The translations under genes were made by a program, and so were the position numbers. 36,704 bases of DNA from Candidatus Scalinduaceae bacterium (GTDB lineage Bacteria > Planctomycetota > Brocadiia > Brocadiales > Scalinduaceae): positions 1-36,704 of the forward strand of contig JBHICG010000030.1 in assembly GCA_046759445.1 (NCBI GenBank), written 5' to 3'. Below the pieces are notes generated by a model. That model was not told the origin of the DNA. It saw nothing but the letters and a program-made list of their open reading frames with translations, and ran no database searches. Of this stretch, positions 29,457 through 36,704 are shown piece by piece; the stretch's first letter is position 1; every line of letters starts with the position of its first letter.

Positions 29457-29842
29457 TGCAGCTATTAAACAATTTAAAATTTAATGATAAAGGTCTAATA
29501 CCAGCTATTATCGTTGATATGATTGATAATAGAGTTCTAACACTATGCTACATGAACCAAACTGCCTTAGAAAAAACAATAGAAACTGGCAAGGTTTATG
29601 TTTTTCGTCGTTCAAAAAACAGGTTGATGCTTAAAGGCGAAACTTCCGGGCATATTCAGCTTGTGAAGGAAGTATTTTTAGATTGTGAAGGAAACTCATT
29701 AGTTATTAAGGTTGAACAAAACGTTGCAGCGTGTCACGAAGGATATAGGTCTTGTTATTTCAGAAAATATAACGAAAAAACCGACAATGTTGAAATAGTA
29801 GAAAAAAGAATCTTTGATCCTGAAAAGATATATAAAGCTTGA
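29453..29842 (+). CDS. hisI: phosphoribosyl-AMP cyclohydrolase
   Basis: GLIPAI, KGETSGH, ACHEGYRSCYF. Confidence 0.93.
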   Translation: MMQLLNNLKFNDKGLIPAIIVDMIDNRVLTLCYMNQTALEKTIETGKVYVFRRSKNRLMLKGETSGHIQLVKEVFLDCEGNSLVIKVEQNVAACHEGYRSCYFRKYNEKTDNVEIVEKRIFDPEKIYKA

Positions 29843-29873
29843 GTTATAAAATTCATAAATGGTCAGAAATAAC

Positions 29874-29902
29874 TTGAAAAGGATATTATCAAGTGTTATA
29901 TT
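29874..29902 (+). promoter_or_regulatory. sigma70 promoter for the ompA-family gene
   Basis: TTGAAA-17bp-TATATT with extended -10 TG. Confidence 0.55.
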
Positions 29903-30038
29903 CGTTCTTAACTTAAAGTAAACTGTACGTGATACGTATAATTAGTATCTTATTATTGATATCCAAAATATGAAATATTTTACGAAATATCTAAAAACTT
30001 ATTTTTATATTAAAGGGAAATAATGGGGGAAGCAAAAC

Positions 30039-30743
30039 ATGAAGAGAAATTGGCGTTATAGCGGATTCGTGTTTTTTTCTTTATTGGTTTTTGGTTTTAT
30101 CCCGGGGTGTGCGGAACTAGACGAACTAAGGACGGCAAACCGTCGTCAGGCAATTACTGTTCGTGATCAAATGGATGAAATTGAAAAAATGAAGATAGAA
30201 CTTGAAGCGGCTAGGAAGCTTAACACGGCATATGAAGATCGCGCACAGGCTGATGAGGAATTAAAAAAGAAGCTTCGTGGCGACTTGGAAAGGCTTGCAA
30301 GATCAATAGGTGGTGGAGCCACTGTTAGAGATACTATTGAGGGTCCAGTAATTCAACTTCCAGAGAAAATTCTTTTTGATTCAGGCCTTGCAGAGATAAA
30401 GAATGACGGCAAATCAGCTTTAGGAAAAATAGCCGAACACCTTAAATCAAAATCTTCTGCGTTTGTAAGAATTGACGGCCATACGGATACTGATCCCATT
30501 TTTAAATCAAAATATTTGTGGAATTCCAATCATCATCTTTCAGCAGGAAGGGCGCTTAGTGTGTTCCTTTTCCTTACTAAAGAGAAAGGTATAGATGAGA
30601 AAAGAATACACATAGCCGGTTATGGTCCGAACCGACCCATTGCCTCTAATGATACCAAAGTGGGGAAGAGACAGAATAGAAGAGTAGAATTTCTTATCTT
30701 GCCCCCATTAGCTGGAAAAATTAATACCAAAACAGGAACCTAA
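30039..30743 (+). CDS. OmpA/MotB family lipoprotein with coiled coil
   Basis: lipobox-like IPGC, ILFDSG, GHTDTDPI, LSAGRA..V, NRRVE. Confidence 0.93.
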   Translation: MKRNWRYSGFVFFSLLVFGFIPGCAELDELRTANRRQAITVRDQMDEIEKMKIELEAARKLNTAYEDRAQADEELKKKLRGDLERLARSIGGGATVRDTIEGPVIQLPEKILFDSGLAEIKNDGKSALGKIAEHLKSKSSAFVRIDGHTDTDPIFKSKYLWNSNHHLSAGRALSVFLFLTKEKGIDEKRIHIAGYGPNRPIASNDTKVGKRQNRRVEFLILPPLAGKINTKTGT

Positions 30744-30861
30744 TGACGACGGTATTTCATTTCTAAGTGATTAAAAAAAACTTCTTACTCAACTTAAAAA
30801 TATCAATTTAAGGGGTGGAAGATGTGTACAGATATAAAGGGTAAAAATTCAGTAAGGCAGT

Positions 30862-32733
30862 ATGACAAAAGTAACAAAGTCAGGAAAGAAAAGGGTAAAA
30901 AATGATAGTAAAGTTTGGCAGTTTTTGTGCTCTGTTAAGCTTGCCGTAATCATCATAATAATACTTGCTGTTGCATGTATTGCAGGTACGTTAATACTTC
31001 AACAGCGATCGGCTGAAGAATATATAGCAAAATATGGTGAAGGCCTTACTAAATTCTTTACAGTAGTTCAACTTACGGATATATTTCATTCCTACTGGTT
31101 TGCATTCCTTTTAATATTATTATGCGTCAACCTGACTAGTTGCACAATCAGGAGATGGCGAAATACTGTACTCCAAATAGGTTTTTTAGTTACACATATT
31201 AGTATAATACTGACCTTAATTGGTTGCCTTATTGATTTCCAACTTGGTGAAAACGGTGGTGTAAATGTTTATGAAGGCGAATATGTTGATTATTATCTAA
31301 AACGTGACTACGAGAAGGTACCATTAGATTTTCAGGTGTACTGCGATGATTTTATAATAGAAAGACATCCTCCAAAGTACAGATTAGTGTCTTATGTAAA
31401 AGATAAAGACAGGCAAAAAACTATTCCAGTAAAAATGGGCAAAAGGATCAAGATTCCGGGTTCCTACTACGCAGTTACAGTTAAAGATTATTATCCTGAT
31501 GCAGAATATTTGCGTGAACCAATCAATATATCCAAAGAACCAGAAAATCCTGCAATATATGTACAACTGTTTGGTTCTCAACATATTGCTGCTGAAGGAT
31601 GGCTTCTTGCTAGAGGGCGTAATTGGTACAATGACAGCGAGCGAGATTTAAAGATTGAATATTTGTGGGCAGATAATGACGAGGATTATGAGAGACTACT
31701 TAAAACAACAAAGAAAAGTAAAAAAGCAGAACTAAGTATTATCCTTGAAGAAAAGAATATTCTGAAAAAAGTACCAATTGAAGTGGGGAAAGGTATTGCA
31801 ATTGATGGTACAGATTATCAGATTGAGATTAAGGAATTCACGCTGGACTATGCAAACAGGTCAAAACCATTAAAAGAGCAGGCTCCAAATAACCCAGGCG
31901 TTAGAGTTGAGATAATAGGTCCTCAGGGCATAGATTCTCGCTGGTCATTTACAAAGTATCCTGATTATTGGGATAAAGCCCACCAAACAAAATACAAGGA
32001 TGTTAAGTTAATTTGTTATGTTCCTGATGATTTTTCACTTGCTTCAAACAGATTAAGGATAGTTCAAAACAAAAATGGAAAACAGGCTTTTTCTTATATA
32101 AAGGACGAAAATGTAATTAGCATTACAGATTGGGAAATTAATAAGGTATACGATATCGATGAGACAGACCTGCAACTAAAAATAATAAAGTATTTTCCAT
32201 CGTATAGTGTGAGAAAGGAAGTTGTTAGAAAGTCTGACAATCATGAGGGTCATGCTCATCCGCCTGGTGAACATGTGGGAACTCCTGCGATATTTGTAGA
32301 AATAGATGGGCCCAGGGGTAAAGTAGGAGAGTGGATACTGTCACAGAATCCTCCCGTATGGTACACAGATAATAACTTTGCGCTTTTGTATGAAAGATCT
32401 GGCATGGCAGTAAAAGATTACAAGAGTAAATTGAGAGTGCTTGAAGATGGAAAAACTGTACTATCAAAAACAATTGAAGTAAATGATCCTTTAAAATATA
32501 AAGGTTATGTGTTTTATCAGTCTAGTTATGATCCTGAAGGAGAGAGGTATACGGGATTACAAGTAACCAGAAATCCTGGTCTAAGTGTGGTTTATTCTGG
32601 ATTTATTCTTTTATGTGTTGGTGTTGTATTTATTTTTTATGTAAAGCCATTCTTAAGACGTAAATTGAAGAAAGGGCAAAGGGTGGAAGAATATTATACT
32701 GAAGAAGAGATTGTGGCAGAGCATATAGATTGA
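30862..32733 (+). CDS. resB: System II cytochrome c biogenesis protein ResB/Ccs1
   Basis: SVKLA, FHSYWF..LL..L.VNL..C, THIS, I.VNDPL.YKGY.FYQSSY, PGL..VY.G. Confidence 0.9.
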   Translation: MTKVTKSGKKRVKNDSKVWQFLCSVKLAVIIIIILAVACIAGTLILQQRSAEEYIAKYGEGLTKFFTVVQLTDIFHSYWFAFLLILLCVNLTSCTIRRWRNTVLQIGFLVTHISIILTLIGCLIDFQLGENGGVNVYEGEYVDYYLKRDYEKVPLDFQVYCDDFIIERHPPKYRLVSYVKDKDRQKTIPVKMGKRIKIPGSYYAVTVKDYYPDAEYLREPINISKEPENPAIYVQLFGSQHIAAEGWLLARGRNWYNDSERDLKIEYLWADNDEDYERLLKTTKKSKKAELSIILEEKNILKKVPIEVGKGIAIDGTDYQIEIKEFTLDYANRSKPLKEQAPNNPGVRVEIIGPQGIDSRWSFTKYPDYWDKAHQTKYKDVKLICYVPDDFSLASNRLRIVQNKNGKQAFSYIKDENVISITDWEINKVYDIDETDLQLKIIKYFPSYSVRKEVVRKSDNHEGHAHPPGEHVGTPAIFVEIDGPRGKVGEWILSQNPPVWYTDNNFALLYERSGMAVKDYKSKLRVLEDGKTVLSKTIEVNDPLKYKGYVFYQSSYDPEGERYTGLQVTRNPGLSVVYSGFILLCVGVVFIFYVKPFLRRKLKKGQRVEEYYTEEEIVAEHID

Positions 32734-32783
32734 TGATAAATAGTAATCGTTTAACAAGAATATAAAAGAGAGGTGCGTGAGAC

Positions 32784-33668
32784 ATGAATATTATGCTAAA
32801 TATTACTTATTATGTGTTTATTTTGGGTATAGTAGCTTACGTAGTCAGAGAAATATGGAGAACAAAAGCATTGCGCTGGATAGCATTTGGTATCCTTTCC
32901 TGTGCTTTTATATTGAATACAATCCTGGTACTAACAAGATGGATTGAAGCAAATCATGCTCCGATGTCTGATAAGTATGAGTCATTTGTTTTCTTTGCAT
33001 GGACTATAGGTCTTGTATATCTGATTATGGAGTTGGTAACTATCTTTATTGTACGTGTTCACGAATCTCGTTTAGGGATTATAGGTGCATTGCAATGTGT
33101 TTTGGCTGCATGGATGTTATACCTTGCAATCAATACTGATAGTACCATAAAGGAATTGCCTCCAGCGCTTCAAAGTACCTGGTTGGTTATACACGTGATA
33201 AATTACTTTATATCTTATTCAGGCCTGAGCATATCTTTCTCGGCTGCAATTGTTTATCTAATATACAGGGCAATATATCGTGGAAGGGCGCAAGAAATAG
33301 TTATGTCTGGTACAGACAGTAAATTAAGTAAGGACATAACCTTTGATAAGTTAGCTTATATCTCCGTTACTATTGGCTTCCCCTTTTTAACCGTTGGACT
33401 TATTACGGGTTCGATTTGGGCTAAAGGGGCCTGGGGTACTTATTGGGGATGGGATCCTAAAGAAACCTGGTCTTTAATTAGCTGGCTTGTTTATCTTGCT
33501 TACCTGCATTTACCTATGATTTTGCCCAAGACAAAGATTAAGAAAACCTTTGCGCCTATTTTACTCTCTATAGTACTATTGGTTGCTTTTCCTATTGTTT
33601 TATTTACCTTTATGGGTATGCACAAGCTTCCTACTGCCGCTGATAGCGATCATATTTATGCAGAATGA
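32784..33668 (+). CDS. ccsA: System II cytochrome c synthase CcsA/ResC
   Basis: RW....HAP, PALQSTWL.IHV, WWD motif WAKGAWGTYWGWDPKETW. Confidence 0.96.
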   Translation: MNIMLNITYYVFILGIVAYVVREIWRTKALRWIAFGILSCAFILNTILVLTRWIEANHAPMSDKYESFVFFAWTIGLVYLIMELVTIFIVRVHESRLGIIGALQCVLAAWMLYLAINTDSTIKELPPALQSTWLVIHVINYFISYSGLSISFSAAIVYLIYRAIYRGRAQEIVMSGTDSKLSKDITFDKLAYISVTIGFPFLTVGLITGSIWAKGAWGTYWGWDPKETWSLISWLVYLAYLHLPMILPKTKIKKTFAPILLSIVLLVAFPIVLFTFMGMHKLPTAADSDHIYAE

Positions 33669-33740
33669 TCCTCAAGAATATATTTAGTCTTGCATAAAAT
33701 ACATACTACATATATCATATCCACGTAAACACTCCATGTG

Positions 33741-33800
33741 AAAAACGGAAAATGTCCTGAATTAATTTTTAAAAATACAGGGCAATTTTCCGTTTTTTTT
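33741..33800 (+). terminator. long hairpin / intrinsic terminator
   Basis: AAAAACGGAAAATGTCCTG...CAGGGCAATTTTCCGTTTTTTTT. Confidence 0.75.
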
Positions 33801-33903
33801 AATATAATCTTCCAGTTAAATAGCAGCAAGACTTACAACATGTTACCGTAAACTCAGACTTAAAGTCTTATAATATGGCATAAAATGATGTAATAAAATA
33901 AAA

Positions 33904-34182
33904 GTGGAAAAGGCAAGAGCGCATATTTTTGTTGATGGCAGAGTTCAAGGAGTGTTTTTCAGGGCTAACACAAGGGAAGAGGCATATTCGTTGGGATTGA
34001 CTGGTTGGGTGAGAAATTGCTGGGATGGTCGTGTTGAAGCAGTTTTCGAAGGCGAAAGGGATAAAGTTGAAAAGATTATAAGTTGGTGTAAAAAAGGACC
34101 ACCTGGAGCGTTAGTAAGAAATGTTGAAATAAACTGGGAACAGGCAACTGATGAATATGACACATTTTCAATAAAATATTAA
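33904..34182 (+). CDS. acyP: acylphosphatase
   Basis: GRVQGVFFR, GWVRN, GRVEAVFEG, GPP.A.V. Confidence 0.96.
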   Translation: MEKARAHIFVDGRVQGVFFRANTREEAYSLGLTGWVRNCWDGRVEAVFEGERDKVEKIISWCKKGPPGALVRNVEINWEQATDEYDTFSIKY

Positions 34183-34214
34183 ATCGACATAATAACGCAT
34201 TTTCGATATCATAA

Positions 34215-34389
34215 CCTCGTTCCCACGCAGAGCATGGGAACAAGGTGTCTTGAACTAGGAATTTGTAATAAAGTCTTGCTGTTTTGTTTTAAAGTCTTGC
34301 TCCCACGCTCTGCGTGGGAGCACTGTGTCTTGTTACCAAGAATTTGTAATGAATTTAGACTGGTTCCCATGCTCTGCGTGGGAACCAGT
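34215..34389. repeat. three REP palindromes upstream of RAYT
   Basis: CCTCGTTCCCACGCAGAGCATGGGAACAAGG (34215-45), TGCTCCCACGCTCTGCGTGGGAGCA (34298-322), ACTGGTTCCCATGCTCTGCGTGGGAACCAGT (34359-89). Confidence 0.92.
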
Positions 34390-34426
34390 TCTTGACACTT
34401 TTAAGTTACAAATATTAGGTTAATCT

Positions 34427-34960
34427 GTGGGAAGAGGTAGATATAAAACAATTGAAAACAAATGTCCTCATTTTCTTACTTGTACCGTAATTAAATGGAT
34501 TCCAATTTTCAAAGATAGAGACACAGTACAAATTCTGTTAGATTCTTTACATTATTTACAAGAGCAAAGCCGTTTGAAACTTTATGGTTTCGTTATCATG
34601 GAAAATCATATTCACCTCATAGCTTCAAGCTATGATTTAGTTAAAGAAATAGGTCACTTCAAGTCGTTTACGGCAAGAGAGATTATTGATTATCTTAAAG
34701 ATAATAAAATGGAAGTGATACTTAAGCAATTGGAATATTACAAACTTAGACACAAAAAGGATAGGAAATATCAGTTTTGGCAAGAGGGCAGTCATCCAGA
34801 GTTGATTCAAGGTGAGAAAATAATGAGACAAAAGTTAGAATACATGCATTACAATCCTGTAAAAAGAGGATATGTAGAAGACCCTATCCATTGGCATTAT
34901 TCCAGTGCAAGGAACTATGCTGAGCAAGAAAGTTTACTTGATATTTGTATGGAGTGGTAA
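34427..34960 (+). CDS. REP-associated tyrosine transposase (RAYT, Y1/IS200-like HUH)
   Basis: FLTCT, FVIMENHIHLI (HUH), FKSFTA, FWQEG, YMHYNPVKRG, YSSA; flanked by REPs. Confidence 0.95.
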   Translation: MGRGRYKTIENKCPHFLTCTVIKWIPIFKDRDTVQILLDSLHYLQEQSRLKLYGFVIMENHIHLIASSYDLVKEIGHFKSFTAREIIDYLKDNKMEVILKQLEYYKLRHKKDRKYQFWQEGSHPELIQGEKIMRQKLEYMHYNPVKRGYVEDPIHWHYSSARNYAEQESLLDICMEW

Positions 34961-34981
34961 CTTAGAGCGTCTTGAAGTAGC

Positions 34982-35105
34982 CGTTCCCATGCAGAGCCTG
35001 GGAACGAGATGTAAAGTCTTACTGTCTTGTTTTAAAGTCTTGCTGTTTTGTTTTAAAGTCTTGCTCCCACGCTCTGCGTCTTGTTACCAGGAATTTGTAA
35101 TGAAT
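34982..35105. repeat. REP, 21-bp tandem repeats and a truncated REP downstream of RAYT
   Basis: CGTTCCCATGCAGAGCCTGGGAACG (34982-35006); TAAAGTCTTRCTGTYTTGTTT x2 (35012-35053); 35033-35079 identical to 34269-34315. Confidence 0.9.
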
Positions 35106-35822
35106 GAATTAGATAGTACATTAATAACAGAGAAGAAGGTTATAGCGCAGAATCTGGCTGATTTGCAAAGACGCATAGGGCTGGCGAGATTACGCTCCAG
35201 GCATAATCATGGCCCAGTTGAATTAGTAATTTCGACAAAGTATGTAGACGCACACATCATAAAAGTGTTATATGAATTGGGTATTTCATGCGTAGGTGAA
35301 AACCGTTTACAGGATACGGAGAGAAAATTAAAAACTTTGAGTAACCTGGATTTACACTGGCATATGTTTGGACACCTTCAACGAAATAAGGTTAAAAAGG
35401 CAATCCGTATCTTCGATCTGATCCACTCGGTAGAAAATATACGCCTTGCAGAGGAAATAAACAAAGAGTCTTTAAAGCTGAATAAAAAAACCAGAATACT
35501 GGTGGAGGTAAACGTAAGTGGTGAAGAGTCTAAATATGGTCTTTCTTCAGGTGACGTTATTCCTTTTATGTATGAATTAAGTAAAATGGAAGGAATTAGC
35601 ATTGAGGGTTTGATGACAATGGCGCCTATTGTTGATGATCCCGAAGAATGCAGGCCAATTTTCAGGGGGTTATGTGAGTTGAGTGAGAAGGTTGAAAACG
35701 AAGGCGTAAATGGTATTGAGATGAAGTATCTTTCAATGGGAATGACTCAGGATTTTGAAGTTGCAATTGAAGAAGGCGCAAACATGGTTCGCGTTGGATC
35801 TGCGGTTTTTAAAGGGATATAA
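35100..35822 (+). CDS. yggS: pyridoxal phosphate homeostasis protein YggS
   Basis: STKY, GENRLQD, WHMFGHLQRNKVK, EESKYG, GLMTMAP, LSMGMTQDF, VRVGSA; start moved to ATG 35100. Confidence 0.96.
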   Translation: MNELDSTLITEKKVIAQNLADLQRRIGLARLRSRHNHGPVELVISTKYVDAHIIKVLYELGISCVGENRLQDTERKLKTLSNLDLHWHMFGHLQRNKVKKAIRIFDLIHSVENIRLAEEINKESLKLNKKTRILVEVNVSGEESKYGLSSGDVIPFMYELSKMEGISIEGLMTMAPIVDDPEECRPIFRGLCELSEKVENEGVNGIEMKYLSMGMTQDFEVAIEEGANMVRVGSAVFKGI

Positions 35823-36334
35823 ATTAGCTCACTCCCTACCTGTCGGTAGACAGGCGTTCGCTAATTTATTGCATTTTGCTCCGTAAAATGAGATTAAGAT
35901 TAAATATATGCAAATTCTGTAGGGTGGGCATTGCCCAACATACAATATCTAATAAATTTTATAAGATTAAATGTTTCAATAGGTTACAGAGCTAAGCTCA
36001 GCTTTGTAGAATTTCCAAGAAGTTAAGTTGTGTAGCGGAAGGCTTCAGCCTTCCACTTCCACATTGTGAATTAACGGAGGCGTGGGTGGCATGGATTCAC
36101 CCTGTGGAATGAGTAAGTATAGTAATTCTAAAATAAGTTCAATTTGCAAAATAGCTATCATTTATTCATTTGATAAGTAAATGTAAATTCCACAGTGCAG
36201 GCTTGTTTGTCCGTGTAAACTGTGTCCTAAAAACATAAAGAAAGTAGGGTGGATTAAGGACGAAGGACGAATCCACCAATAAGGGATATGAATATAAAAG
36301 GATTAATCGTAACAATCTGCGTTTATCAGCGTCC
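35820..36334. repeat. cluster of multiple distinct palindromic REP-like elements
   Basis: about eight different hairpins or half-elements in about 515 bp (listed in findings). Confidence 0.8.
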
Positions 36335-36343
36335 TATTATTTC

Positions 36344-36628
36344 GTGATGATCAAGATCAGAGAAACGAAAGATGGAATAATAATACCTGCAAAGATACAG
36401 CCAAATTCAAGCAAAGAAAAGATCCTGGGCGAATACGCTGAAAAACTGAAAATTGCAGTCACATCACCACCCTTAAAGGGAAAGGCAAATAAGGCAATAG
36501 TTAAAGCCCTTGCTAAATGGTTAAATATCAAAACCTCTGATATTCAAATAGTCTCCGGCGAAAAATCAAAAGACAAAGAAATATTTGTAAGAAATATTAC
36601 AGAAAAAGACGTATACAGGCTGATTTAG
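36344..36628 (+). CDS. DUF167 (YggU) family protein
   Basis: KIQPNSSK, LKIAVTSPP..GKANKA, IVSGEKSKDK; neighbour of yggS. Confidence 0.93.
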   Translation: MMIKIRETKDGIIIPAKIQPNSSKEKILGEYAEKLKIAVTSPPLKGKANKAIVKALAKWLNIKTSDIQIVSGEKSKDKEIFVRNITEKDVYRLI

Positions 36629-36704
36629 TAAATGAGCTATAAGGATACTATAAATTTACCAAAAACAAAATTTTCCATGAAGGGAAACCTTATCCAAAAG
36701 GAAC

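Noticed and set aside
34905..35099. 65-aa N-terminal extension of YggS
   Set aside because: Overlaps the RAYT end and translates the REP and tandem repeats (CFKVLL repeats)
35824..35864. CIRCE-like TTAGC..GCTAA
   Set aside because: Arms and spacing do not fit TTAGCACTC-N9-GAGTGCTAA and it is not upstream of a chaperone gene

Overview
AT-rich bacterial chromosomal window, most consistent with an anammox planctomycete (Brocadiia, Scalindua-like; inferred from the Minf_1886-family gene, System II cytochrome c maturation genes and overall gene content). The backbone is housekeeping: tatC, ribH-nusB-ftsY, rpsO-pnp-csp, a sigma54 two-component pair, ricT-metG, groES-groEL, pyrE-purB-thiE-hisI, ompA/motB-resB-ccsA, acyP, yggS and yggU. 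Two core genes carry unusual in-frame fusions. NusB is fused to a complete YciV/RNase AM-type PHP domain, and TatC is fused through a 7th TM helix to a FecR-like beta domain. The intergenic DNA is dense with several families of palindromic REP/MITE-like elements that nest inside one another. Associated with them are an intact RAYT transposase with its REPs, a RAYT remnant and a GxxExxY nuclease gene bracketed by inverted repeats. A 3.8-kb island of toxin-antitoxin genes and pseudogenes separates a DUF362 gene from a 4Fe-4S/DUF6599 gene. A sigma54 promoter with paired enhancer sites sits upstream of a receiver gene and a tail-less groESL paralog. No rRNA, tRNA or CRISPR array was seen. All family calls come from motif recognition by eye, not database searches.
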